Positions 8,132 to 17,433 of a DNA stretch of 53,266 nucleotides are shown here, piece by piece. The position numbers and the translations under genes were made by a program. The number at the start of each line of letters is the position of its first letter. Position 1 is the first letter of the stretch. The stretch comes from a virus (lineage: Duplodnaviria > Caudoviricetes), in IMG/VR virus record IMGVR_UViG_3300049928_000019, positions 1-53,266 of that record; one strand, given 5' to 3'. The notes under the pieces are model-generated. The model was not told the DNA's origin, ran no database searches, and saw only the letters and a program-made list of their open reading frames with translations.

Positions 8132-8670
8132 CTGTTATTGGCTTTAAGAATTGAATGTTTTTTAAATACAGACTTAGCTACTTCTAAGTCGATGTTGAAC
8201 TCGTCAGCTATGCGTTGAGCTCTGTCGTTATTCGCTTCTTCGATTGTGTAGAAGAATGAAGTGTCACGCCGATCGTCTCTATCGAAATCGTATTTCTCGA
8301 TTTGATTGAACCAATAATCACTAGCCTCGTCTTCTGTTTCGAATTCTTGATCTATTGAATAACCTCTTTGGTGAGAACTACGTGAAACGGTCGCCCATTT
8401 AATTGTGCCTTCGCCTAAGTACACACATTCATCCTGATCTTCTTCAGATAAGTCATTGTACTGATCTTCTGTAATTTCTTCCCCAGCTGCGGTTTTATAA
8501 ATGTCGCCGGTAATTTCTTCAACCGAATAACATGGCATAATACCTGTGTGGTGAGTGCATTCGCTGGCTGATCTTAATACGTGTTCTGCGTAAGTTGTTG
8601 CTTCTATTTCGCCGTTTTCATTATAAGCGAATCCTTTTAGTTCTGTTGCTTCTTTACAAGTAGTTGCCAT
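8125..8670 (-). CDS. Highly acidic early protein (possible DNA mimic / anti-defence)
   Basis: D/E-rich tracts (EEITEDQYNDLSEEDQDE, EFETEDEASD); first gene after a promoter-operator. Confidence 0.7.
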   Translation of the reverse strand: MATTCKEATELKGFAYNENGEIEATTYAEHVLRSASECTHHTGIMPCYSVEEITGDIYKTAAGEEITEDQYNDLSEEDQDECVYLGEGTIKWATVSRSSHQRGYSIDQEFETEDEASDYWFNQIEKYDFDRDDRRDTSFFYTIEEANNDRAQRIADEFNIDLEVAKSVFKKHSILKANNRV

Positions 8671-8704
8671 GGTGCGTATTGTTTTTGTTTCGTTGTTGAT
8701 GAAT

Positions 8705-8746
8705 CAAAGGTATATCAATTTAAATTGATATCAAAATAAATTGATA
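8705..8746 (-). promoter_or_regulatory. Early promoter (TTTG-N19-TACCTTTG) overlapped by two TATCAA-N6-TTGATA operators, copy 1
   Basis: Near-identical to 20352-20393 and 20704-20745; matches the Bacteroidota -33/-7 consensus. Confidence 0.85.
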
Positions 8747-8817
8747 AAAAATATATAGTAATTATATAACTTATTGATAATCAACTAAATTATTTTACAT
8801 AAAAGGCGCTATAAAAA

Positions 8818-11061
8818 TCAAAATGGCACCTTTGCTTCTCCTCCCTCCGAGGTTTTTACCGGCGGGCCGCTTGGCGCTGTAATGGTGGTGGTATTGTCCT
8901 TTATGTACCAGCCGCGCAGCTTATGCCCGTTGATCGTCTTTGAAGATTTATCGAATCCGATCTGGTTCATTGCCCGTACGATGGCGTGTTCGTTAACTCT
9001 CACGCGGTTATCTGTAATAATCTGTAGTTTCTGAAGGATGTCTGTTTTGGTGACGAATACGGACTGCCACTGGTCGGCAAATTCAAAGTTCCGGATAATT
9101 AAATCCTTTTCCACACTTGATTTTTCGTAGTCCTTGTTCGCGGTATCCCGAAGCGCCACTTCTTCTTTCGAGAGGTTAAAATCGAACCCTGATTTGTACA
9201 AGGCGTACGCCTGCGCCCAGCATTTATTTATGTCCACTTTACGGACGCCGGTTTTCCCGTTACTGTAATCATGATCTATACTGGTCACCTCAAAGCACAG
9301 CCATCGGGTATTAATATCGTCGGCCAAAAATTCCAGATTATTGGTAGAGGCCCAGAAGGTAACCCGGCGGGGGTTGGTTTCATGGAAGCGCCCGTAGGCC
9401 CTGCGCTGCTTTACTGTTGATTTTGATATGGTGGCCTTTAGTTTATTGACCTCATTTGAATTCAGAGCTGCCAGTTCTTCCAGGTTCCACATGAAATTTT
9501 CCGATAGCTGGATATCTGAATCTTTTTCACCGGCCAGCAGTTCCGATTCGGTGTAATATTCGCGCAGCGCCTGCGGGCATAGGAAGCGTATAAAGCTACT
9601 TTTACCGGTCTCCTGCTTATTACCTACCAGCGTTATAATAATTCGATTCTCAACGCCCTGAATGGCGCAGGCAATGGTTCTGACAAGCGCCTTCTTTAAT
9701 TGAACGGACCAGCTGTATTGATCCGTGGTCTGGATAAAGGTTGACAGGTAGCTGATGTGGTCGCCCTGTTCCTGATTCCATGCCGGGAGCGCTTCAAAAT
9801 AGTCAATAAACGGATTGAAGTTCGGAACAAAATCCGAATCCAGCAGCGAACGTATCTTATCGATAGGGAATTTGAAGTTCGCATGCATCAGCTCCCGGCT
9901 AATGTTGTGTTCATTAACCAGGTCCGGCCCCTGCGGGGTTAATGTCTGAACCCTTTTTGTAATCTCATTGCGTTGCAGCTTCCAGCGCTTTTTTATAAAC
10001 ACTTCAATTTTGGCAATCTCAGGCTTGTTGTTAATATTAAATTCATCCTGGTTGTTTTTGAATACGCTTGAAAAAATATTTCTTACGAGCTGGGCAGAAA
10101 GAAGGTTCTGCTTACACATTATATCAACGTTTTCCTCCGTCCAGTTGATGCCATCGCAATTTAGCATGAAAGCGTACTTGTACACTTTTTTTGTATCCTC
10201 GGCAAATTCAGGGGGAAGGTCTTTTATTTTTTTCGTTATCTCAAAGGTGCCGAATTCATTCACTTTGCTGTATGCGAATTTCAGGATGCGGGCAATCTCC
10301 TTATCGTCGCCCATATCGGCGCTGTAGTCGCTGGCAAACCTGTGAGTGGTATACTCTTCACTCACACCGACTTTATTCAGATACCCGGCCATGATAACAA
10401 GGTACTGGTGGCGCTGGCCAGGCATGTACGCATGCTTACGGTCCATATCGGACTTTACCCATTCATATTTTTCATCGTCCGCATCCACTGTCGTGGTGGC
10501 TCCGGTTGCGTGTGGGATGGAAAGAGTTTCGTAATTATTGTTTTCAAATAGATTTGAGTCTGAGCTTACGTAGCGTGGGCGGGATATATCTTTACAGGCC
10601 GAATCTAAGGTCAGGTTGTAATGTTTGCTGTAGTATTTCTCCAGAAATAAAAAGCTGTCCAGATGCCGGGCCGGGTCGATGTGTACAATGGCGCAGATGC
10701 CCCTGCCGGAACAGCTGATGAAGGCGTAATGAGTATATTTGTCGCCCGTTATTGAGTCCCACGCCGCCATGAATTGTTCCGGGTCTAGTTTGTCAAAATC
10801 AAGGGCCAGTATGCCGGAATGGTGCGTAAGCCCGGCATCGTTGCGTACCTCAAAAACACCGGAAGCGGTGAAATATGGCAGCGCATTTTTCAGTTCCGAA
10901 ATTTCCTTTTCTCCGGCGCCACTGCTTACGGCAGCCCGCACCTTTTCAATTTGAGATTCCCATGCCCCCGTCCGGATCAGATCCAGTACGTGGGCAATAT
11001 CCATTGTTTCGCTCTTCTTAACCTCTTTAATGTGCGGGTATATTGATACTAAATTGGGCAT
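8818..11061 (-). CDS. Primase-helicase: BT4734-like N-terminal primase, PriCT-like region and VirE-family P-loop domain
   Basis: LPYFTASGVF, ALDFD, SCSGRG and DISRPRYVSSD (BT4734/VirE_N); GQRHQYL; QETGKSSF Walker A; NLEEL; FWASTN; TRWLCFEV. Confidence 0.88.
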   Translation of the reverse strand: MPNLVSIYPHIKEVKKSETMDIAHVLDLIRTGAWESQIEKVRAAVSSGAGEKEISELKNALPYFTASGVFEVRNDAGLTHHSGILALDFDKLDPEQFMAAWDSITGDKYTHYAFISCSGRGICAIVHIDPARHLDSFLFLEKYYSKHYNLTLDSACKDISRPRYVSSDSNLFENNNYETLSIPHATGATTTVDADDEKYEWVKSDMDRKHAYMPGQRHQYLVIMAGYLNKVGVSEEYTTHRFASDYSADMGDDKEIARILKFAYSKVNEFGTFEITKKIKDLPPEFAEDTKKVYKYAFMLNCDGINWTEENVDIMCKQNLLSAQLVRNIFSSVFKNNQDEFNINNKPEIAKIEVFIKKRWKLQRNEITKRVQTLTPQGPDLVNEHNISRELMHANFKFPIDKIRSLLDSDFVPNFNPFIDYFEALPAWNQEQGDHISYLSTFIQTTDQYSWSVQLKKALVRTIACAIQGVENRIIITLVGNKQETGKSSFIRFLCPQALREYYTESELLAGEKDSDIQLSENFMWNLEELAALNSNEVNKLKATISKSTVKQRRAYGRFHETNPRRVTFWASTNNLEFLADDINTRWLCFEVTSIDHDYSNGKTGVRKVDINKCWAQAYALYKSGFDFNLSKEEVALRDTANKDYEKSSVEKDLIIRNFEFADQWQSVFVTKTDILQKLQIITDNRVRVNEHAIVRAMNQIGFDKSSKTINGHKLRGWYIKDNTTTITAPSGPPVKTSEGGEAKVPF

Positions 11062-11138
11062 GAATCGGGCTATTGGGGGAATTTAAGTTAACAAAAATTA
11101 TGGGTAAATCAAATTTGCTTTTACAGATACAAACGGCT

Positions 11139-12839
11139 TCAACCAGCCATCTGCGCCTGTAAATCCATTGCAGCCTTTAAAATTTTAGGCATTAAATTAT
11201 GAATTTCTTCCGGGCTATGGCTTGATTTTAATTTTTTTAATGCGTATTGGATAATCTGTTCATTGCTTAAATGGCGGTTATCCTGTATGAATTTCCATAT
11301 ATTGTCGGTCGCCTCTTCTTTCTGATTGGATATTATCTGGCGTTGTTTATGTACCCAGCTGTAGGAGTAATTTTTCAATGCGGCATAATCGGCCAGTGCC
11401 TGCTGTCCGCGTCCGGATAATTGTCGGACTATCCATGCTATTGAATATTTTTTAAGATCTCGATACGTCTCCAGCTGTTCTATCGTCATTGTGTGAAGCG
11501 GAACTCTTAATATCTTTGGAATGTGGTCAGATTCAATAACCCCGAATTCGGCCTCGGCCAGTTCTTTGGCTTTTGCCTCCTGTTCGGCCTGCTTTTTTTC
11601 CTGAATCATACCGCAATACTTACATTCATTGGCGTTTGCCGCTATGATAGCCTCGCATTTTTCGCATTCACGTATGGGGGCTACGCCTTTTGTACGGGAC
11701 ATTATTTCAACGTCCAGCGACCATTCACGCTCAAATTCCCATCTGCCATGCCGATAGACGTTTCCGCCCATGTCAATGAAATTGAAGTGCGTCTTACCTA
11801 TTTCAGGGCACAGCCTGGCGCCGCGTCCAGGTATCTGAAGGAAAAGGGAGAGGGACATGGTGATCCGGTTCAGTATAATTGTTTCAACCGTCGGTATGTC
11901 GTTGCCGGTAGTCGCAACAGCCACATTGCACAGAACTTTATATTTGCCGGCTTCAAAGTCTTTGAATATCTGTTTACGGATCTTTGCAGGAATTTTGCCG
12001 TCTACATGAACCGCCGGTATGCCTCTTGAATTGAATTCTTCGCATTGTTTCTGCGATGCCATTACATTCACGCAGTAACACATCGCTTTGGTACCTTCGG
12101 CGTGTTTCAGGTATTTATCAACCGTGCCGGCATACAGGCGCGGCGTGTTGAAATACTTAAGCTGATCGGCTTCACTAAAATCCTCGCCGTCTTTTGTATT
12201 TTTTATTTTAAATTTTGACGTATCCACCATAGCGCTGAAGGTAATGGCAGGCACAAGGTAGGTATAACCCTCTTCGTCGCCGTTTAACAGCTCAGTGATC
12301 GACACTGGCGCTAACAGGTCGTCGTATACGTCGCCGAGCTGTCCGGTATAATTCGGGTAATGAATGGCAAGTTTGGACTCAGTATCCAGCAGGCGCTTGC
12401 CATTGCGGCATGGCGTAGCGGTGAATCCTATTACATGAACGCCGCGTATTTTATATTCCAGAACTATTTCGTCAAAATCCCGGATATGCGCTTCGTCAAT
12501 AATTACCAGGCCGACGTCCGGAAGGCTGTAGTTACGCAGTGTGTCGACGCTACCAAGGTACAGTGTGGAAATACAGTCACGGTATCCAGGTACAATCAGG
12601 GTAGGGTACAGTCCATTAGCCTTTAACTTACCGTTGGCCTGCTCAATGAGTTCTATCCGGTTGCACAATACCAATACACTGGTGCCCTGCTTGCGTGCCT
12701 TGTAAACGATATCTGAGAAGCACACGGTTTTCCCTGCGCCGGTAGGCATCGTGTATATAATAGCCAGTATATTGGGCTGACTCAGCATGTGCGAAGCCAT
12801 ATCATTGCCGCGGGCTTGGTATCGTCGAAGGGATAGCAT
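11139..12839 (-). CDS. SF2 DEAD/DEAH-box helicase with zinc ribbon
   Basis: LRRYQ Q-motif, PTGAGKT, IIDEAH, GFTATP, QIPGRGAR, CEKC...CKYC. Confidence 0.92.
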   Translation of the reverse strand: MLSLRRYQARGNDMASHMLSQPNILAIIYTMPTGAGKTVCFSDIVYKARKQGTSVLVLCNRIELIEQANGKLKANGLYPTLIVPGYRDCISTLYLGSVDTLRNYSLPDVGLVIIDEAHIRDFDEIVLEYKIRGVHVIGFTATPCRNGKRLLDTESKLAIHYPNYTGQLGDVYDDLLAPVSITELLNGDEEGYTYLVPAITFSAMVDTSKFKIKNTKDGEDFSEADQLKYFNTPRLYAGTVDKYLKHAEGTKAMCYCVNVMASQKQCEEFNSRGIPAVHVDGKIPAKIRKQIFKDFEAGKYKVLCNVAVATTGNDIPTVETIILNRITMSLSLFLQIPGRGARLCPEIGKTHFNFIDMGGNVYRHGRWEFEREWSLDVEIMSRTKGVAPIRECEKCEAIIAANANECKYCGMIQEKKQAEQEAKAKELAEAEFGVIESDHIPKILRVPLHTMTIEQLETYRDLKKYSIAWIVRQLSGRGQQALADYAALKNYSYSWVHKQRQIISNQKEEATDNIWKFIQDNRHLSNEQIIQYALKKLKSSHSPEEIHNLMPKILKAAMDLQAQMAG

Positions 12840-13144
12840 TAATTAAAAATCGGAAATATAGGTTCGTGATAAATTGTAAAACCCAGCGCTTTGGCAAGCT
12901 CGTATTCTATTTTTGCGCCTTTACTTGATTTCCAACCTTGAAGCATGTAAATAGCGTCGCATTTCATCATTTCAGAGATATCCTCTTTCATATATGATTG
13001 CCATGATTTATCATGGTTGTGGTCCAGTAACATTGGATTTGATGGTATAAAATCAGCTTTCGCCAAATCGTCTGAAGCCTTTTTAAAATGCGCCTCTGAT
13101 TCTTCGATAGGCCTTCCTGTAATTGGTCCTGAAATGTAAATCAT
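12839..13144 (-). CDS. DUF4406-family protein (nucleoside deoxyribosyltransferase-like fold)
   Basis: IYISGPITG, WQSYM, CDAIYMLQGWKSSKGAKIE. Confidence 0.88.
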   Translation of the reverse strand: MIYISGPITGRPIEESEAHFKKASDDLAKADFIPSNPMLLDHNHDKSWQSYMKEDISEMMKCDAIYMLQGWKSSKGAKIEYELAKALGFTIYHEPIFPIFN

Positions 13145-13146
13145 AT

Positions 13147-13779
13147 TTAAAACATTTTAATTTGACTTGTATGTTGTTCAATGCGCTTCATGGCTGCTTC
13201 ATAGTAATCCTTATCCAGTTCGCAGGCTGTTAAATCAAATCCGTAATCGTGGCAGGCTATTGCTATACTGCCGCTGCCTAAATGAGTGTCCAGTATTTTG
13301 TCGCCGGGTTTGGCGTATTTGTCAAGAAGGTTTTTGTACAGCTTGACAGGTTTTTGTGTTGGATGAATTTTACCTCCAATATCAGATCCGTGAAAACCTG
13401 AATAAGGAACTGTAATCTTTGCGAGTGTTTTATCTAATGATGTCCACGCCAGTTCGCCATCTGCAAAATCTACACCTTTAGGCACCATTTTGTCCCAGAA
13501 CAGCCAAGACTTTGTAAGTGGTAATGGAAAGTAATTACCCCCCCCCCCCCATATAATCTGATTTTTAGATACGCGAAATAATTCTGCAAAATACTCCGGC
13601 GGTGGTATTTCAGAATCCTACTCTTTTTTTTGATGTTTTTTGCGCTTGCCCTTTCGAAGGCCCATATTCATATTGATATTAATCCCATACTGTGGATCTA
13701 CAATAGCCAGATCAAAGTGTTTATCAGGATAACGCGCCATTAAGGCCATATTATCCTCGTTCGTTATTGTTAGACTCAT
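13147..13779 (-). pseudogene. Second DNA amino-methyltransferase interrupted by an in-frame TAG, with a G13 tract
   Basis: ATG 13779 gives MSLTITNEDNMALM...DLAIVDPQY...KKE*DSEIP...WGGGGNYF, in frame with the 13147-13488 ORF (HPTQKP, LDTHLGSGS). TAG at 13618-13620; C13 on the plus strand at 13538-13550. Confidence 0.85.
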
Positions 13780-13781
13780 AC

Positions 13782-15149
13782 CTACCCTACTTTATTTGTT
13801 TTGTTAAATTCTAAAATTGTCGGCGAATAAATCAGATCCCGTTTCGATAAAGGCCGGCGTAATATAATGCCTTCCAGCGACCGGCATCTGGACAGAGCAA
13901 CATATACCTGTCCGTGTGCGAATGCGCCGCGACCCAGATCGATAATCACTTTGTCGAATGTTTGCCCCTGTGATTTGTGAATGGTCATAGCATAGGCCAA
14001 CTTTATAGGGTACTGCACGAATTCGCCTATTACCATGTGTTTTATTTTGTCAGAATTTTCGTCGTACTGGTATTTAACGTTTTTAAAGGTGTAGCGCGGG
14101 ACGGTCACCTCTTCGCCGGAGTCTAATAGAATGATTAGCGCTTGCCGGCTAACCAGTTCTCCGTTAATTTCATCTGCAACAATTGCGGTATCCAACCTGT
14201 CAAACGTTCCGATTGTTCCGTTGAAATACAGGTTATTCGGATCATTTGAATTGCGCATGGTCATAACGCGGCAACCAGGCTTCAAAAGTAATATAGGCTC
14301 AACAGGGCAGTCTTTTTTATCGAATTCCCCCGAAATAGTCCCCTCCAGCTTTATCATTTCACCTTCCAGCCGGTCAATCATGATCGAATTGGTGTCTGCT
14401 GCAATCTTATTGGTCGTGCAGAGCATAACTCCGTCCTTCGGGTCCAGTTTACCATCCCGTACCGCTGCGTTGTTCAGGCGGTCTATATCAAGCTCGTTTA
14501 TGCGGTTGTTTTTAATGTTGTTGAGCAAGGCAATGAAACCCGGATCTTTCTGTCTCCATACCTTTGTCAGAGAAACCACTTCAAACGGATCGGAGAATGC
14601 CGCGATTTCCTTCCAACAGTTTGCCGAAAAAAAAAATTCAGATTTGTACCGGCTTTTAATCATTGCCTTTTCTTCATCTGAAGCAACAACCGGAGGCAAC
14701 TGATCTATATCGCCGACCATGATCAATTTTTTACCGGCAAAATGCCCCCACGATTCAAAGTTCTTTTTGCAGAAATTAAATATTTGATCCATGATATCCG
14801 CCCGAACCATTGAAACCTCATCAACGATAATGTATTTGATGCGCCGCCATATTGCGAGTGTGTGGCCGTCGTAAGAGCGATCCAGTTTTTTTATAGATGC
14901 AAAATCTACAGGTCTGGCCGGGAATTTAAAGAAGCTGTGAATGGTCATTCCGGATATGTTGACTGCGGCAATGCCGGTTGGCGCAAGGGCCACATATTCG
15001 CCTTCATGCTCTTCCATAAATTTGCGTATCAGTGTGGACTTTCCAGTACCGGCGTTACCAGTAAGGAATGTATGAATGCTGGTGTCGCAGATGCGCTCCA
15101 TAGCGAATGCGAGGTTATCGTCCGTAGTGGCTATTGTTTCGGTGGTCAT
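13782..15149 (-). CDS. Pif1/RecD-like SF1B helicase
   Basis: GNAGTGKST, APTGIAA, TIHSFF, VDEVSMV, GDIDQLPPV, YAMTIHKSQGQT, YVALSR. Confidence 0.93.
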   Translation of the reverse strand: MTTETIATTDDNLAFAMERICDTSIHTFLTGNAGTGKSTLIRKFMEEHEGEYVALAPTGIAAVNISGMTIHSFFKFPARPVDFASIKKLDRSYDGHTLAIWRRIKYIIVDEVSMVRADIMDQIFNFCKKNFESWGHFAGKKLIMVGDIDQLPPVVASDEEKAMIKSRYKSEFFFSANCWKEIAAFSDPFEVVSLTKVWRQKDPGFIALLNNIKNNRINELDIDRLNNAAVRDGKLDPKDGVMLCTTNKIAADTNSIMIDRLEGEMIKLEGTISGEFDKKDCPVEPILLLKPGCRVMTMRNSNDPNNLYFNGTIGTFDRLDTAIVADEINGELVSRQALIILLDSGEEVTVPRYTFKNVKYQYDENSDKIKHMVIGEFVQYPIKLAYAMTIHKSQGQTFDKVIIDLGRGAFAHGQVYVALSRCRSLEGIILRRPLSKRDLIYSPTILEFNKTNKVG

Positions 15150-15550
15150 TTTGAAAATGGGTTTTTAATTGGTTGAATAGGCGGTACGGCGGGCAAAGGT
15201 TCTGCAAATTTAATGGGTTGTGCAAATTCGGCGCTTATCACTGCGGCGCCTGCCGCCTGCGCTTTGAATTTATCAATGATCTGATCGTCGATAATATCCT
15301 GAAACAGTTCGGCGATTCGTATCTGCTTCTGATCGAATGAAAGTGTTACGCGCATATCGCCCTGCTTACGGTTGACCTGATAGAATAATACGTAAGCGAT
15401 AAACTTCTCCGGCTCCGTAGTTAGATCCTTTAATTCAAATACAACATCATTATTGCTGTTAAAGAATTTATATAACTTATCGTAGTATTCTTTATCGAAG
15501 TCAAACATGAGAGAAACAATTAAGGTAAGGTATTGCAGCTTTGGAATCAT
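15146..15550 (-). CDS. Hypothetical protein
   Basis: 134-aa ORF overlapping the helicase start. Confidence 0.7.
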   Translation of the reverse strand: MIPKLQYLTLIVSLMFDFDKEYYDKLYKFFNSNNDVVFELKDLTTEPEKFIAYVLFYQVNRKQGDMRVTLSFDQKQIRIAELFQDIIDDQIIDKFKAQAAGAAVISAEFAQPIKFAEPLPAVPPIQPIKNPFSK

Positions 15551-15700
15551 CCGAATAAAGATAACTGGTTTGGGCTTACTCCGAATTTTTTAGATCTTGT
15601 TTTTTTATCGGTGCAGGGCGCTTTGAGATTGCACTTGGTAGCTCAATCCTTGCCTCTGGAATTTCAACCATTTTAATGCTTCCGGTTTCTTTATTGGAAA

Positions 15701-16366
15701 TTATTTTATGTGTGAAAGTGCCATCCGGTTGCGGACCACCCCCGGCATTGCATCAATATGCTGCGACCAGTTCATTGCCAGGTGTTCTTCGGACTTTTGC
15801 AGCTCTCTTATTGTTTGTTCTGCTTGCTTAAGCATCGCATCCTGCATTATTTGAACAGATCGTAATTGATCTATAATTTCAATTTGATCAGTAACCTGCT
15901 GTTCTGCCTGATCGTATTTGGCTTCCAGTACAGCGTGGGCTTTTGAAAGTTCGTCTATAAGACTGCCGCTACCTATGTCACCGTCCGGATTGCCATTCGC
16001 TTCACTCTCTGCAAATTCCTTGCTGTAATAATACACGCTGATCGGAAGTATTAATGTAAATCCGAATGCCGGTATTAATCCCCAATCCCATCCGATTGTA
16101 TCAATGTAGTAATAGGCACTGATGCATACCTCGAATATTGAATAGTATTTGGCAACAATAAAATTCTTGCGCAGGGTGTAAATAAGTATGGATGCGGCAA
16201 TGATAAGAGATACGCCAATACTTGCAAATTCCCTATAAGGCGAAGGAAACACGCTGAAGCTGTGGTACACGTAGTACGTATTTGGAGCAAGGAATATTAC
16301 TGTGAATATTGCCGCCCATCCCATGAAGGAATTGGTTTTTATTTTGTTAAGCATAGATGGTTCCAA
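15701..16366 (-). CDS. Multi-pass membrane protein with C-terminal coiled coil
   Basis: About four hydrophobic segments followed by a heptad-rich Q/E region. Confidence 0.75.
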   Translation of the reverse strand: MEPSMLNKIKTNSFMGWAAIFTVIFLAPNTYYVYHSFSVFPSPYREFASIGVSLIIAASILIYTLRKNFIVAKYYSIFEVCISAYYYIDTIGWDWGLIPAFGFTLILPISVYYYSKEFAESEANGNPDGDIGSGSLIDELSKAHAVLEAKYDQAEQQVTDQIEIIDQLRSVQIMQDAMLKQAEQTIRELQKSEEHLAMNWSQHIDAMPGVVRNRMALSHIK

Positions 16367-16685
16367 CTAGAGTGTAAAATGAATTCTTTGAACTCTCAAT
16401 CTTTGTGAAACGTCCCGTATGATCTTCGCAGGAAATTATCTGATTGATAATAAATGAACGCTTCATGTGTGGTAATTCAATAATATCACCAACTTTTAAA
16501 TTGTACTTAGTCCAAACCTTCATCTCTTTGAAGTCGCATTTTAGATATTTAAGCGTTTCAATTAAATTACGCTCCTGCATTTCTTCCGAATCTACATTGT
16601 GGCCTATTGATTTTTTGTGCTCAATGTGTTTCTGCAAATCAAGTATTTCACCTTTGCGCTCTGCTTCATTACGAATCATGTGCAA
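16347..16685 (-). CDS. Hypothetical protein
   Basis: 112-aa ORF; start uncertain (TTG 16685 or ATG 16679). Confidence 0.55.
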   Translation of the reverse strand: MHMIRNEAERKGEILDLQKHIEHKKSIGHNVDSEEMQERNLIETLKYLKCDFKEMKVWTKYNLKVGDIIELPHMKRSFIINQIISCEDHTGRFTKIESSKNSFYTLVGTIYA

Positions 16686-16824
16686 AGCATCTTAGGCTTG
16701 TTGCTATTGCCCCACATATCAATTCTGTAATTTGAAGAGCTTTCTGTTAATGTTGTCATTTTTTAATTTCTCCTTATTTTTAGTTGTTGAATGTTTTTTT
16801 AATTGGTCGGGGATTAATTGGTGA

Positions 16825-17430
16825 CTAATTCGCTACCGGTGCATGCACCTTCGCTTTATCTTCGAGACTCATTAGTAAATACGAATCAATCAGGTCTTCG
16901 TATTCCTGCCTGCCCTCTGCCATCAGGTCGGGATAGTTAGCCATGTTTATGGTAAATGTGTTATATTTTTTCTTGTTGACCCCAAGGATAATATAATTTA
17001 CCTTATTAAGCCCGTCAGAGACGAACGCAGCGGTCCGGTGATACTTGCGTGAACGAATGTCTATCAAGAATTCATCGTGCGTCCTACATCTTGTGAGGCG
17101 CAAATCAATAATGCCGGAAGCAGAAAAGAAGTCTAATCTGTGTTGGCATGATATGTAATACCTCGCATCGTCCCAATTCATTTTGGTATTCGTAACGTAT
17201 GGCTGTTTTAAAGACTTGATAACCCACGACATTATTGCCTTACAAATATTGTCGACAATGAATCTGTTTTTGTGAAATTCTCCACCCTCTTTAAAAAGTG
17301 AGTCATAAATTATAGGCTCAAATAACTTCATTTTTACTTCATACAATAGCCCAGCACTAACGCGCCCAAACGGCGTAAGGTGTCCTAATACTTCATAAAT
17401 GCGTGCGAGTGTATTTGGATATATAACCAT
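16825..17430 (-). CDS. PD-(D/E)xK-like exonuclease homologue (RecE/DUF3799-like), atypical active site
   Basis: CQHRLDF...IIDLRLT...YHRTAAF resembles the KxRxD...IxDLKTT...YxxQAAFY pattern; next to recombination/SSB genes. Confidence 0.5.
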   Translation of the reverse strand: MVIYPNTLARIYEVLGHLTPFGRVSAGLLYEVKMKLFEPIIYDSLFKEGGEFHKNRFIVDNICKAIMSWVIKSLKQPYVTNTKMNWDDARYYISCQHRLDFFSASGIIDLRLTRCRTHDEFLIDIRSRKYHRTAAFVSDGLNKVNYIILGVNKKKYNTFTINMANYPDLMAEGRQEYEDLIDSYLLMSLEDKAKVHAPVAN

Positions 17431-17433
17431 GAT

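Noticed and set aside
13618-13620. TAG stop-codon reassignment (alternative genetic code)
   Set aside because: Only one gene is visibly interrupted. Other long genes are intact in code 11, several end in TAG at sensible places, and no suppressor tRNA was seen.
15547-15700. Small gene ending in QLSLFG
   Set aside because: That frame has no start codon, and the ATG at 15671 gives only 31 aa in another frame. It may be a frameshifted remnant but cannot be supported.
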